64,000 nucleotides of DNA from Octopus sinensis (GCF_006345805.1 NC_043004.1:57660001-57724000); one strand, 5' to 3'. Shown: positions 38,886 through 53,150, counted from the first letter of the stretch. Numbers and translations: made by a program. The notes: generated from the letters alone by a model not told the origin.

Positions 38886-40505
38886 AAATTTCGGGCATCG
38901 TGCTTAGAGTAGAAAAGAACATTCAGAATCCTATGCTTCCTTATAAAACATGCTCTTGCACCTGAGACAAAAATCTTGATGATTTTAGCTCTAGGATTTG
39001 CTGTTCGTATGAATGATCTGGTCATGATGTAAATAATTCACATTCAGATAATTCATATGTTCAAATATTTCTTAAGGCATTGAATTGACAGTTTTGTTAG
39101 ACCATTGGATAGAATGTTTCACCGTGTTTGTTTTCACGTATGTTATCTAAGTTTAAATTTCGGCTATGTCATGTCAGCGTCTTTCTGCGTCGATAATAGA
39201 GGCGTAAGCTCAATGAAGTGGATTTGCGTATTTTACAACCACGGAAAACTGCCAATCGTCTCTAAAATCTACTTGCCTACACATAAAGAGGTAAGCAATT
39301 AGTTAAACCTGGGATACTAAAGCTCAGACAAAAAAATGTTTCCTATTAAAGTTATCCTTGTTTTGGAAAAATCTTTCTCGTGTTCTTTCAGGAAATAAAT
39401 AGACAATAAAGGAACGGATTCCAGGTTTGTGCGCCGATTGCATTTGAAGCCATTTTGCTTGCTTTGCGCAACCAAAGCACTTAGGAAACAACATGAATGA
39501 ATTATATTCATTCACATATTGCATCTTTCTGGACAACATGTTACGAGAGATATTTCTAACATGGGAGAAATTAATGCACAGACAATCACCATGACCATTT
39601 TCGTAATCGAATATACAGTTTAATATTTTTATTTTCCTATTAGCAAAACGTATAAACTACTGAGAGTTGCTTAGAGTATTCTACATCCTCTTTTCGCAGA
39701 AATCAGATTGGATAGAAATTTTACAATAATAAAAAATATTTCATAATGCATTTACATCCCCAACAATGTCTCTCCTTTTATAATTCATTTATTCTGTAAA
39801 TGGAAAAATAACCGATAGAAGCTAAGCTAAGCTAAGTATCTCGGTCACTAAGGAGCCAATACGTGGAATTAATTTAAAAATCAATAATATATAAGACACT
39901 TCTTAGTTGATGGCGTCTCTGGACAACCGTTTTCTCTATAAATGTTAACATAACTAGAGGAAAAATTCTCTCTTAAGGATATTCTTTTTCATTGTTGTTA
40001 TTGTTGTTGCTATGATGAGATCGAATGCTATTGTTAACATCAAAAATTTTAATGGGAGATCCTGCATAAAAATCATAAAGCGTTTGCTATTACAATATTT
40101 ACTCGTGGCTCCTAACGAAAGAAAATCCGACTACGAATACAAATAATCATTTAAATAAAATGGTGGACGGAAAATATGGAAAGGTAAACAAATAACAACA
40201 GTCTATTAAAATAAGAGTATTACACTCTCGAAATTAGAAAGCGATAAATTAAAACCGAATTATTTGTATTTTGTTTTTCATGTTTACATGGTTTCTTTAC
40301 TTTATTACATTCATTTGGGTGTAATATATACCATTTAATGTCACTGTTGTATTTGCATTGTCATGGTAACATCCAAATGAATGATGTTAGCCATAATTTG
40401 CAAATATTCATAAGAATATAACAATCATCTCGAGCAAATAATTGTAATTAGCACACGCATTTGTCGAAAATAATGGGTGTGTGGAGATTAGAAAAATGCA
40501 AACGC

Positions 40506-40556
<51 letters not shown>

Positions 40557-40668
40557 AAATCTAAAGGACTGATTTTATATATATATTATATATATACTAA
40601 TTTATATATATATATGTTTATATATATGTATGTATTTATCTGTATTTCTGCTGAGTATGTGTATGCGT

Positions 40669-40740
<72 letters not shown>

Positions 40741-42879
40741 TATTCTTAATATAGTGAATTAGCAGATTAGTTGTAGCGACGTTGAAGCTACTTTGTAGTA
40801 TTTGTTCTGGCTCTTTATATTGTGAGTTCAAATGGAACCGAGTAAGCATCGTCTGTCGTTATTTTAGTATCTATATAAAGAAAGTAAGATGCCAAATTCA
40901 TATTCTTATGAGAGAAATACGCACAAGACGGAAGGGTGACGATGTCAGCACCTGACTACACGGGTATCAAAACCAAGCTTCGAGAAATGTTTTATTCGAT
41001 TGTGAATGACATCTAAGTTAGTTGCTATAAACTTTCTTTTATATTTCATATACCACCAGACGTATATATGCAGTTGCATATAATAATCCAAAAGCAATTA
41101 AACAATTAAACGTATTTAATAAAGGTTATGATGCCGCATGCGCGAAGTACAAAAACAGCTTTCGAACCAATTTACTAATAAAAACAAGTTTTATATAGAT
41201 TAGTATAAGTAGATTCATCTGAGAGTTCATAAACTGAAATTCTTGATTTTAGTGGTGTCTCATGAGGTAGCCTGATAATATGCCTAGGTTTAAATAGGAA
41301 GAATATAAACACATCATTTTAAAGGAAACTAGTTGAAAATGCGACATAATAAAGTCACTAAACATACTTGTTAATCATACGTAATATTCTATATAATGTG
41401 AAAAGATAATTGCGCTGGAGAAAGAAGAGATAATGTTCGTTCCCGTGGTAGAAATGTCTGTCGAAATATGCAGAGAATAAAAGTGAAAATGCATGCAAGC
41501 ATGCAAATAGCTTGACATCTTCGTAATCTATGAGCAACATAAACTAAACTTACGTGACCGTATGTAAAGCTAGACAACAGCCAAGTATTAAATACTTGAT
41601 AATACAGCAAAAGATCTGCAGCGTGTTATAGTTGCTATGCTACAACGATTGTGTCCTTAAGGCATTGTATCCAACACAAGAATTGTGCATTGAGATATGA
41701 TGTAAGATGAATAACTTCTAATAGGGAATGAAGCTTCATTTGTCGTAAAGTTGCTATACCAACATAAATATTATATTAATTATGGATGTGTAAGTAGTGA
41801 GCAATTTACTCAATTTACGTGATGGCATGTAGAGCTACGCTATTCAATATACGAGTGCTCTGTATTAGAGCGACGTGGAAAACCAGTGACATAGAACAGG
41901 GCTAATGTTCATTTTATAATATTAATTTATATATGCTGGACTTCGACCATTACTTAACCCGGCTCATTCCTGTTACGTCTTTACAAACCCCGAAGAGGTA
42001 ATATGAGAGAATTTGCTGGTCTGATGAAGAACCTGGCTGAAGCGGCCAAACATTTTTCTAAGAAACATAGGAATTTTGCTTTCTATGATAAAACTGCTAA
42101 TGATGTACAATAGAACCTACCTGTTAAATTGTTACACTAGCAGCAAACAATTTTCAAAGGAATTAATTTGGTTATCGCTGCACTAACGACATACATAATA
42201 ACGGTATGTACTTAATGGATCATAGCATCCGTAGCAAACAATTTTCAAAGGCGTGTACTAGCTTGTTATCGTTATGCAGATATTAGAACACGGATCTGGT
42301 AATTCTCTGTGACAAATGTATCCTCTAATCTTTATAGCTTCAATACAGCAATTTCATTGTAACATTTGAACAGGCGTGTGTCACACAAAGGTTATAGTTT
42401 TTCTACATCACATTAGTAAAATCACGCATTATTACAAGCAAACGGATGTAATTGTGCAATGCTGCCAACATAGTTTCCCTCGTTTGCTGCAGCGACTTTA
42501 CTACCGACGTTGTCACGATCGATGCCATTTTCGGCGTAGCTGTCATCTCGTCCACTTTCGAACCATACGATGGTTTTCTTTCGTACGGAACATTTGAAGA
42601 TGGATGTCCTATGGGTGGGTGTGTAATGACAGGAAACAGTCATTGATATTCTAGCAACATGCCAAAGATGGACATAGTGGCGCGCTGAGTGAAGTTTGTA
42701 TCGAAATCTTGTCTAAACACATTTTCACAAATGTGACGATGCCAACTCTAAGTAGAATATATACATAGTAAATGATATAATCACAACACCACTGTCACTA
42801 CCCACGCAACACATACATAATGTGGGTGCGTGTACGTCAATGTTGGGGGGGGGCATCGGTCATGCATAGGTGGGTATAT

Positions 42880-42892
42880 ATAAAAATGTACG

Positions 42893-42941
<49 letters not shown>

Positions 42942-42958
42942 CATATATATATACACAC

Positions 42959-43021
<63 letters not shown>

Positions 43022-43022
43022 T

Positions 43023-43087
<65 letters not shown>

Positions 43088-43603
43088 TATATATATATAC
43101 ACACATATATATAGCAGTATTAGAATGATAGTAGGATACACAGAAATGCATAAAGATTAATACATGTAATTATGAACAATTCTAATACACAAGCATACAC
43201 ATCTACGTACACGAAATGAACACGCTTAAACACACAGAGGCATAAAAATACACCGAAACACACAAGGACGCACTTCCGCGAAAATATGCACACACAAGAA
43301 TGTAGACACACAAACATACATAGTCGTTTCCTTATTGAACACAAAAATAGTCATACCACAAAAAGTAGAAGGCACAGAGATAACTAAACAATCATCATAT
43401 GTACATACATACAGACTCAAAGAGACCTTGAAGGTTGAGTACGTGACATTGATGAAGTGGCGAATACCAGCGAGAGGAGTCTGACAGAGAAAAATAACAA
43501 CTGATTGATTGTTCAATGAACACATTAAACAAATAATTGAATAGTTAGTTCGTAAACAAACGAAGTGGTATTGAACTAGTGCGTGTTTTTTTAAAACAAC
43601 ATT

Positions 43604-43667
<64 letters not shown>

Positions 43668-43904
43668 TGTATATGAGTGCGTGTGTGTTCATGCGTGTTC
43701 GTGTATGCATATATAGGTATACGTATATACAGAAACATAAATGCATATACATATGTATTACACATACATATATAATTATTTACGCATATATGTACAGAGA
43801 TATATTTATATTTATACTTTTATATATATATGTACGTGCAAAGATATCCAGCTACACAAACACACACAAACATATATACATATACATACACATATATGTA
43901 TACG

Positions 43905-43942
<38 letters not shown>

Positions 43943-44141
43943 GCATATATATATATACGTATATATATATATATATATATACGTATATATATATGCATAT
44001 ATATTATATATATACGTATATATATATATATATGTATATATATATGCATATATATAACGCATATATATATGCATATATATATGCATATATATATATATAC
44101 GTATATATATATATCATATATATATATATATATATATATAC

Positions 44142-44200
<59 letters not shown>
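42880..44200. repeat. Region dominated by long compound (TA)n microsatellites
   Basis: Read directly (42880-43110 and 43600-44200). Confidence 0.9.
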
Positions 44201-44204
<4 letters not shown>

Positions 44205-44324
44205 TGAGTTGAGTACAGAAATTCGGGGTGAGTACTTGATAATTATAAGCACCTGTGTATACCGTTTGGTGGTGTAGGTGGTGGAGTAAATTGATCAAAA
44301 TAAAAACATGATGCCAAGGATTCA

Positions 44325-44402
44325 GCGGTACATATGTTTCGGGCCTTTATTAGACAGATTTATAACAATGCATAATGTATGTCTGTGGCCTTCTTCAGCC
44401 GC
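44325..44402 (-). ncRNA. Type I hammerhead ribozyme motif with extended helix II, GUA triplet
   Basis: Minus strand: GCGG-CTGAAGA-aGGCC...GGCCc-GAAA-CATAT-GTA-CCGC. Helix III is the palindrome ACATATGT and the predicted cut is between 44329 and 44328. Confidence 0.7.
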
Positions 44403-45248
44403 GCACAACAACTTCCACAAGGACATGTGTTACATCAAAAATTCTTGGTTGGGGATGCAAATCCTCTCATTCGCGTACGACATAATGCGGCAACAGCATA
44501 GAATTGAAGCGTCCATCTCTTTCTTCTCTCAATGTAGAATGAGGAAATTTGGATGTTGAAGTAATGTAAATAAATTAATAAATAAATACATATATAGACG
44601 TGAAGGAACCTGGTAATAAGAGTAAATAGGGGTAAAGATGGAGGGGCGAGAATTCAGGACGAAGGATAAAAAATATATAAAAAGTGTAAGTATAGAAAAA
44701 TATAAAAATGTAGAGGATAAAGATATAAAGAGATATAAGGAGATATAAAGGGGATATAAAGAATATAAAAAAATATAAATGAATATAAAGGTATAAAGTT
44801 ATAAAGTAAAAATAGAAATAGAAATAAAAGTAAAAAAATAAAAATAGGAATAAAAATGATAAAAAATGTAAAAAAACATAAGGATAAGGGATGTATAGTG
44901 GTTACGGACCAAACATGGTGGTCAGGAAAATGACAAAATTTAGTTGCAGAAGTTTTGGGTGTCAATAAATCAACAGGGGCGTCTGGGGACCTAGTGTAAT
45001 GTAAATCAGAGCTGTTGAGCAGCTAATCTAGTTCCTTGAATTAAGTGGTCATCTTGTACATACATACCAGCATGGATACATACACCCATATACACGCGCA
45101 CATATACGCGCGCATACACAGCTCCAAGCATATAAGCATACATACGTACTCACGTGTAAACATGTACAGAAACACATATACACCCGCACACATGCGCATA
45201 CATACATACATACAACAGAATATGCGTATATATACACGGACATTATAC

Positions 45249-45294
<46 letters not shown>

Positions 45295-46448
45295 GCACAT
45301 ACACATATACGTATACACATACACATACGCATACATATATGCACATGTATACCTATACATACATACGCATATACACACACCCATATATACATACGTACGT
45401 CCATCCTTACATACACATACACAGATGCCCACACATACAGGTTTAGATATAAGATATTAAAAGATGTATATAAGAACGCATGTAAAGAATCACGCACTCA
45501 CGTCTACACGTGCACGCACACACGGCTGTGTCCATATGTGAGTGTACATATACACTTACATACACACACAGAGACATACGCGCGTATAGGTATAGCTATA
45601 AGATATTAAAAGATATATACAAATATGTGTAAACATATGCATATAAGAAATCTGCGAAAACATGTAAAAAAATGTAAAAAAACATGTAAGAAATTTTAAA
45701 AAATTATTAAAGAAAATTATTAAAGAAGAGTAACGGGGTATGCACATCCAGACGTAGATGTTTACTCGTACATATGTACACATATGTATACGTATACATA
45801 CGTACACGGACGCACGTATAATCATAAAGCGGATCCATAGATAAGTAAATAAGGGATAAGCAAAAAAATAGACATATATAGAGATATAAAGCGATAAGTT
45901 AGGGGTAAGAATGAAGGTAAGAATAAAAATTAGAAATAAAAGTAAGAAGTACAATATAAAATAAGAAATACAATATAAAAGTTAGAAATAAAATATAAAA
46001 ATTATAAGAACTATAAGAATTAAAATAAGGAATGAAAATAAAAATAAGAATAAAGGTAAAGCGAAATAGAATAGGATAAAGTAAAATAAAAATATAATCG
46101 GGTAAAGCTTAACATGAGATGAAGGAAAAAATAAAAGGTGGTTGAATGTGTAAAGTTAAAGGTGTGTGCTAAAGGTGACCACGTAGGGGCGGGCGGGGGG
46201 AACTGAAAATTGGAAGGTTGGGAAGTGGAGTTTGGCGGTGTGCGCTCAACATCCGAGTTAGAAATGTGAAAAGGTATAGATATAGGGAAATAAAGAGTCT
46301 AGATAGGAAGAATGTAGGTGTAGGAGAAGAAATATGTAGGGAAAAAAAAACATATATGGGAGACAAAATGTGTATATATAGGAGGAAAATGCAGGGAAAT
46401 ATATATGCACATACACACACATATATATATATATATATACACATATAT

Positions 46449-48831
46449 GATCTCGGATCACAACATAATAGAGCTGTCTATGTATGGAACAAAAGACCCC
46501 GTGGACACACAGCCTATACGAAGCACCCACCATCTCTCCAACTTAAACTTTCATAAAGCCAACTGGAAGTTGATTGAGAAAGAGATCCTCAAACAGGATT
46601 GACCTGAATGTCTCTCCACACCGGACATAAACATGAAACACAAACACTTCATGTCTATAATACAAGCCATATGTGACAAATATGTCCCAGTGTGCAGGGC
46701 CAGCACACACAAGAACAAAAACAGGATCCCTAGAGAAAGGAGGATTCTTATGAGACGACGGACAAGGATTGCAAACCGCCTGAGCAAGCACACCAAAGAT
46801 GGTGAGAAGTCTCGGCTCGAAAGAATGCTAATGGAAACTGAGAAAAGTCTACATCAGTCCCTTGAAAAGGAGAGAGCAGATAAAGAAGCTTGGGTAATAG
46901 AAAATATAAAATCAAACCCTAAAGCTTTCTTTAAGTTTGCCAAAGAGACAGCCACAGTGCACCAGAGAGCCATCTTCCAAAAAGATGGCTCTCTCACAGG
47001 AAATCCCACGAGGATAAGTGAAATACTGAACGAACAGTTCGAAAGTGTGTTCACTACACCTCTAGGACACAGGCAAGTAAACAACCCAGAAGAATTCTTT
47101 GCCACTTTACTAGCGGCCAAAGAGACAAAAATTGAGTACATCAACATCGAAGATGACGATATCACGCTAGCCATTGATGAGATTGACACAAACGCAGCTG
47201 CTGGACCTGATGGATTCCCAGCGATCCTTCTCAAATCGTGCAAACGAGCCCTTGCAAAACCGCTACAGCTTCTTTTTCAGAGCTTTCTTGCAAGTGGTAA
47301 GCTCCCAGTCAAATTGAAAGAGGGGGTAATATTCCCTATCCATAAGGGAGGTAGCAGAGCAGATGCTAAAAATTATAGGCCTATCTCTCTGACCTCACAC
47401 ATCAGCAAAGTCATGGAACGAATAGTCCGTAAGAAACTAATCATGTTCCTGAAGAAAATGACTTTCTGTCTGACACCCAGCATGGATTTCGACCAGGTAG
47501 AGGCTGCCTAACACAGCACCTGCAACACTATGACTGGGTGTTGAAACAGCTACTAAATGGCTCAAATGTGGATGTAATATATCTCGACTTTGCAAAAGCC
47601 TTTGATAAAGTCGACCATGGTATGATCTGTCACAAACTGCGTGGTTTCGGCATAGGCGGAAAACTTGGAGAGTGGCTGCACAACTTCCTAAAAGACAGAA
47701 AACAGGCAGTTGTGAGCAATGGAGCCACCTCCAAGGAAACGCAAATAACAAGCGGTGTCCCACAGGGCACTGTCTTGAGGCCACTGATGTTCATAGTGGC
47801 TCTTTCAGACATGCTACGATGACCACCCTTGCTAGCTATGCAGATGACACAAAAGTCTTCCACGCAATACAAAACACTGAAAATAATGCGCATCTGCAAC
47901 GTGAGCTGGACACAATATACAGGTGGGCTGAGGACAACAACATGCAGTTTAATGCAGGCAAGTTCCAGGCCCTGCGCTACTGGCACACAAAGGTAAATGA
48001 CGTGAAGACAGGATACACTGGCCCAGGAAGAATTGCAATCCCTGAGTCAAAATCAGTGCGTGACCTGGGCATTGACATGAGCAATGATGCATCTTTCCAA
48101 ATGCATATTGCTAATCTGGTGATAAAATGCAGACGGCTAGCTGGATGGATTCTCCGAACTTTCAGAACAAGAGAGAAGGAGACACTGATGGTCCTATGGA
48201 AAACATTCGTCCTCAGCCGCTTGGACTACTGCTCCCAACTTTGGTCACCACACAATATAAAACTAACAGCAGAACTCGAAGCAATTCAGAGAAGCTACAC
48301 ACAGAAAATCGTCTCAATGCAAAATATCAGCTACTGGGAAAGACTGAAGGTATTAAACCTCTTCTCCCTAGAGCGGATGCGGGAGAGATATGCGGTGATA
48401 TACATCTGGAAAATCCTGGAGGGTCTTGTCCCAAACTTTGGCATTCAAAGTTACTCCAACCGCAGAACGGGGCGCCACTGCATGGTACCAAGGATTCCAA
48501 CATCACCATCAAAATACAGGTCCAGATACTGCAACAGCTTGGGTTTCAGAGGACCACAGCTCATTAACATCCTCCCTAAATACCTGAGAGACTTACATGG
48601 TGTGGATGTGGGTTTCTTTAAAACTAAACTGGATCTCTTCTTGTTGGGAGTCCCAGATGAACCTACCTCACGACAGGAGACGCGGATGCGGGCAGCAGCA
48701 TCGAACTCCCTTGTTGATCAAGTGCCACGTATCAGAGGTGGATTCACAAATTAGTGTAGCTCATTCAGCGGTGGTGCCCCAGCATGGCCGCGGCCTTCGG
48801 GCTAAAACATTTTTATGGATTTAAGGATTTT
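46449..48831 (+). mobile_element. CR1-group LINE, 5'-truncated within the APE endonuclease, with 3' UTR and short tandem tail
   Basis: SDHNII (endonuclease C-terminus), AAGPDGFP, IFPIHKGGSRADAKNYRPISLTS, YLDFAKAFDKVDH, SGVPQGTVL, YADDTK, KTFVLSRLDYCSQLWSPH. The 3' end reads GGATTTAAGGATTT; flanked by (TA)n. Confidence 0.93.
46450..48754 (+). pseudogene. Disabled LINE ORF2 (reverse transcriptase)
   Basis: In-frame stop at ~46600, frameshifts at ~47451 and ~47815, and G-to-R in PQGTVL(G)P. Otherwise continuous, which suggests a fairly recent insertion. Confidence 0.85.
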
Positions 48832-48839
48832 ATATATAT

Positions 48840-48882
<43 letters not shown>

Positions 48883-48883
48883 G

Positions 48884-48914
<31 letters not shown>

Positions 48915-48995
48915 GTATATATATATTATATGTATATATATATATATGTATATATATATGTATATATATATATGTATATATATATATGTATATAT

Positions 48996-49027
<32 letters not shown>

Positions 49028-49173
49028 GTATATATATATATGTAATATATATATATATTATATATATATGTATATATATATATGTATATATATATATGTA
49101 TATATATAATGTATATATATATATTATGTATATATATATATGTATATATATATATGTAATATATATATTGCGT

Positions 49174-49316
49174 AGAGGCGCAATGGCCTAGTGGTTAGGG
49201 CAGCGGACTCGCGGTCGCAGGACTGGGCGTTGTGTGTGTTTATTGAGCGAAAACACCTAAAAGCTCTACGAGGCTCCGGCAGGGGGTGGTGATCCCTGCT
49301 GTACTCTTTCACCACA
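49174..49316 (+). mobile_element. SINE family B, 5' fragment
   Basis: GAGGCGCAATGGCCTAGTGGTTAGGGCAGCGGACTCGCGG... matches the 60951 copy. Confidence 0.85.
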
Positions 49317-49350
49317 AGAGCTGAAACTGGAAAAACAAAAACAAAAACAA

Positions 49351-49382
<32 letters not shown>

Positions 49383-49397
49383 GTATATATATATATG

Positions 49398-49459
<62 letters not shown>

Positions 49460-49482
49460 ATATATATATGTATATATATATA

Positions 49483-49559
<77 letters not shown>

Positions 49560-51669
49560 CATATATGTATATAGACACACATAATCATACATATACATAG
49601 GGAGACATGGATTCACATTCTTGTAGAAGCACACACATACAAGTCTATATCGAACACACAATTATTGTTTGTAACTTTATATGCGTATATACTGTACTGT
49701 CTGTGTAAAAATAGAACATTCTGTAAACCTCAATCTATGACGTGATGGAACCTAGATAAATTAATTATGCTGCTTTGCATCGAAACACCTTAGCCTCAAC
49801 ATTGAAAGTAGAAATATGATATGATTGAACGATCTATTAATGATGCTGCATATAATGTTCACCAATACATATGGTTTCATTTTTATACATCTTTGATTTT
49901 CATTTTACTTGCTTTGTTTATACTACTGATTCTTCATCATAAAAGCTTTTGTGAACACCAAAAATGAGTAGTTATTACCTTTTCTTTGCTCACACTTTTG
50001 AATTAGTAATTCATATTCCAATCAATACCTGAACCTGCTATACGTGCTACAGTACTTCAAATGTGAAAATGACAATTACAGTGAGTTAATTTCTGCTGTA
50101 TGTTTCCGTGACAGCTGTATGGAGAAATTAGAAAATATTCAAGCATAACTCCTGCCGATCATAGCTACGGGCGTTAATTTTTACCAATAACGTGGAACAG
50201 ATAGGCTTTGCTTTGTTGTTTCTTTAATTCTTTATGTAATTGCAATACTTTGCGACATATCCGGTTTTCTTCTATCCAGTCCTTTTTCGTGAGACCTCCT
50301 ACAGATTTGACCGAATATACAAGTATTATAAATCGTTTTTATTACTCTAAACAAAGGAAATTACTAACAGAGATAATATTGCTCCTGATGTGAGCTCAAA
50401 ATGAACTTCTATTTGGAGCAGATTTCCTTGAACAGTTTTAGGAAACGACACATCCATCAATATTTGACAGTCAGTCTATGTTGTACGCTTTAGAGATTGT
50501 GTATTAATTAGACACGTGTTCAATTGAGCAGAATTGCGATTGGTAAATTTTAATTGAAAATTTTAGTACACGATTATTTAAGGTTAAGTAAATTAGATTT
50601 CTTCCAGTGGGAAAATCTATGACTTTAGCTACACAGTGGATTAATTGTTGCTGCTATGTCAATTTTATGTTGGATTAAAACTAGGCGGAGTTTTATAGAA
50701 ACTGTATTGCAGACATGAATGGTGGTTTCATTTCGTCTTAATTCCCTTTTCAAGCAATTTCTTAGTAATTTTACTTTATAAGGATTATTGGATTAAAATA
50801 CTAAATCCATGGGCTTTATTGTTTACAAATTTTATAATATTTATTCCATGATTGTGTGCGTAAATTGCTTTTTATGCGTTTCATGAATCAATTCACACTT
50901 TAGAAATTTAGATATTTGTATAATCCATTACGACAATAACATATTCAGTCAAAACTATGAAGATCTGCTGCTCTGAATATTAATGTCCAGAATACTTGGG
51001 GACATAAAGTCTTTGTTACTGACATGCTTTTCATATATTTCCTATCAGATAACTATCAGATAACATGGTACTCCTATGGAAAAATCAAATTTTACATCAT
51101 ATGCTCATATACGTTTTGAAATATATTAACTTGAGAGGAAAACTATAAAGCGTAGAAGCCATTTATTAATTGAGTAGTCCCATACGATCAATGAATTGTC
51201 TGACATAAACGTATAATTAAATATATAAAAAATTATTATTTAGTATCCAACATATATATCTTGGTTTAACGCTTGCATTCATTCATGTTTTCATCAATAC
51301 TGAATTAAGTGTGCATGCGAAAATATTTTTTTCAAACATTTTCTCTGGAAAAATATTCTACATTTATTATTTGCCACTATGTTCGCTATATTTTTGAGAG
51401 AAACATCTCTCTATATCTTATTAATTCTTTTGTGGAACGGAATAACCGATTTCCTAATTATTAGAGCAATGGACACAAATTTAGATTATTCAACAGATAC
51501 TTGCAATTTATCTATATTTTATTTTGTTTTATTATTTTATTGTGGTTTATGTTTTCAAAACGCATTCATGGATTTAACGGAGCAGTAATCAGAGAATATT
51601 CACATATTTTAGACATATGAATCTTGAATTTAAATTGATGTATTGATTGCACTGTTAAATTAAATGGAG

Positions 51670-51830
51670 TTGCATGAAACGATCGTACTGAATTACCTTT
51701 GGATATCCCTGTTGCTTATTTTGATTTTAATCATCTTACTTTGAAATTGTATGAATATACCATACTAAATTCTCGTGCCTCAACTTAAGTACCATATTTA
51801 TTTGAATCTAAATTTTTGCTGAACTCATCT
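51670..51830 (+). mobile_element. Old diverged copy of the 57.3-57.6 kb hammerhead repeat family
   Basis: ATGAAACGATCGTACT at 51674-51689, then TGTTGCTT...TAATCA and AACTTAAGTACCATATT, collinear with 57476-57600. Confidence 0.6.
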
Positions 51831-52619
51831 TCATTTATGAATAGAAATACTTTAGAAGCGCTATATAAATATCTCGTGAGCTGTATCAACTAAACAGTTG
51901 TATAAATGTAGCTATATATTTTCGTGGTTGCACTTAAATCCTGTACCGTATGGGACAAATAACTTACATTTATTATGAGTATTTATAGAAATCCAAATAT
52001 TTATAACTATCAACATCATCTTATGTTAATTTACATATTAATAACAAACACCACTCCTAAAATTTTAATTTGAGCACCGGATACATTTCCAAAGTCTCAA
52101 TTCTCTTGGTCATAATTTGGAATCTTGTATGCGAAATAGTTATGCGAGTCCCTAACTCTTTCCTCAAACAAGATAACGCAGAGAGTTTCATAATTATTTC
52201 GCATGCAAGATTTCAAATCACCCTCCTCCAAACCATTGATGACCCAGGAAATACAAGGTAGCTTCTTTGATTACCCATTCAATATGAATGTCGTGACTAA
52301 TGTAACCAGGAAATGTCTGTTTCCAATGAAGTATTTCTCATCGACATACAGTAACAACAAATTCTGCACCGCCACCTAAAGACAGCTATTTCCCCTTGGA
52401 TGAAATCTGACACTGCAACTGAAAACATTTATCGGGATATATTCCTCCGCAACAGACATACTGCAACTGAAACAAATCCTCTACATCCCCTCAAGTTAGT
52501 TATATACTGACCATTTATACTACTCCACACCTTAAAAAAAGGCATTACATGGCCTTTAAATAAATTCAAACGCCGACATTATCGATTTAGTAAAGTGCAG
52601 AATAACTGTTTTTGTTGCC

Positions 52620-53150
52620 CCCAAGATCAGACTCCGTATTTTACAACACAGATAACAAACCTGCATTGCCAAATGGGAATAAGCTAAATGGTGAGCTGTC
52701 GATACAATTCTTTATCTGCAGAATAGATATTACTTGACTGAGCTTTTGCAATAGATTTGACGAAACCATTACCCATATTCTAAAAGAATTACTTCGACTT
52801 GTCCCAAACCAATATCAATTGAGGCAACATGATGAGGTAGCAAAAGTTCTGTATTTCACAGCTGAGTGAAATGGAGTTGATGAGAGGCAAGATTTGGTAC
52901 TAACACAAATCAGAGGAAATGGTTACGTCGGAGACTTGCAAATTCCTGTGATATTTCGCAGTCGAAAGGGATCAGGTACTTAAGAACAAGCCGGACCTAG
53001 CAATGGTATACAAGGTAAACTACACATGCTCTATAATTGACGTTGCCTGACCCTTTGACACACAATTAGTTAAGTAGAAAAAAAAGGAGAAAAATAAAAC
53101 GCTTACACAATCTTCTTAAATACAAGGTAGACCATCGATTGGAAATTTCG
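52620..53150 (+). mobile_element. Decayed RLE-type non-LTR retrotransposon C-terminal remnant
   Basis: ETITHIL...QHDEVAKVLY (decayed zinc knuckle to RHD) and KFL*YFAVERDQVLKNKPDLAMVYKVNYTCSIIDVA*PFDT (decayed KILWDF...RPD...IIDVACPFD). Confidence 0.75.

Noticed and set aside
42015-42075. CTGATGA at 42021 with GAAAC at 42062
   Set aside because: No NUH triplet or helix I/III pairing after GAAAC.
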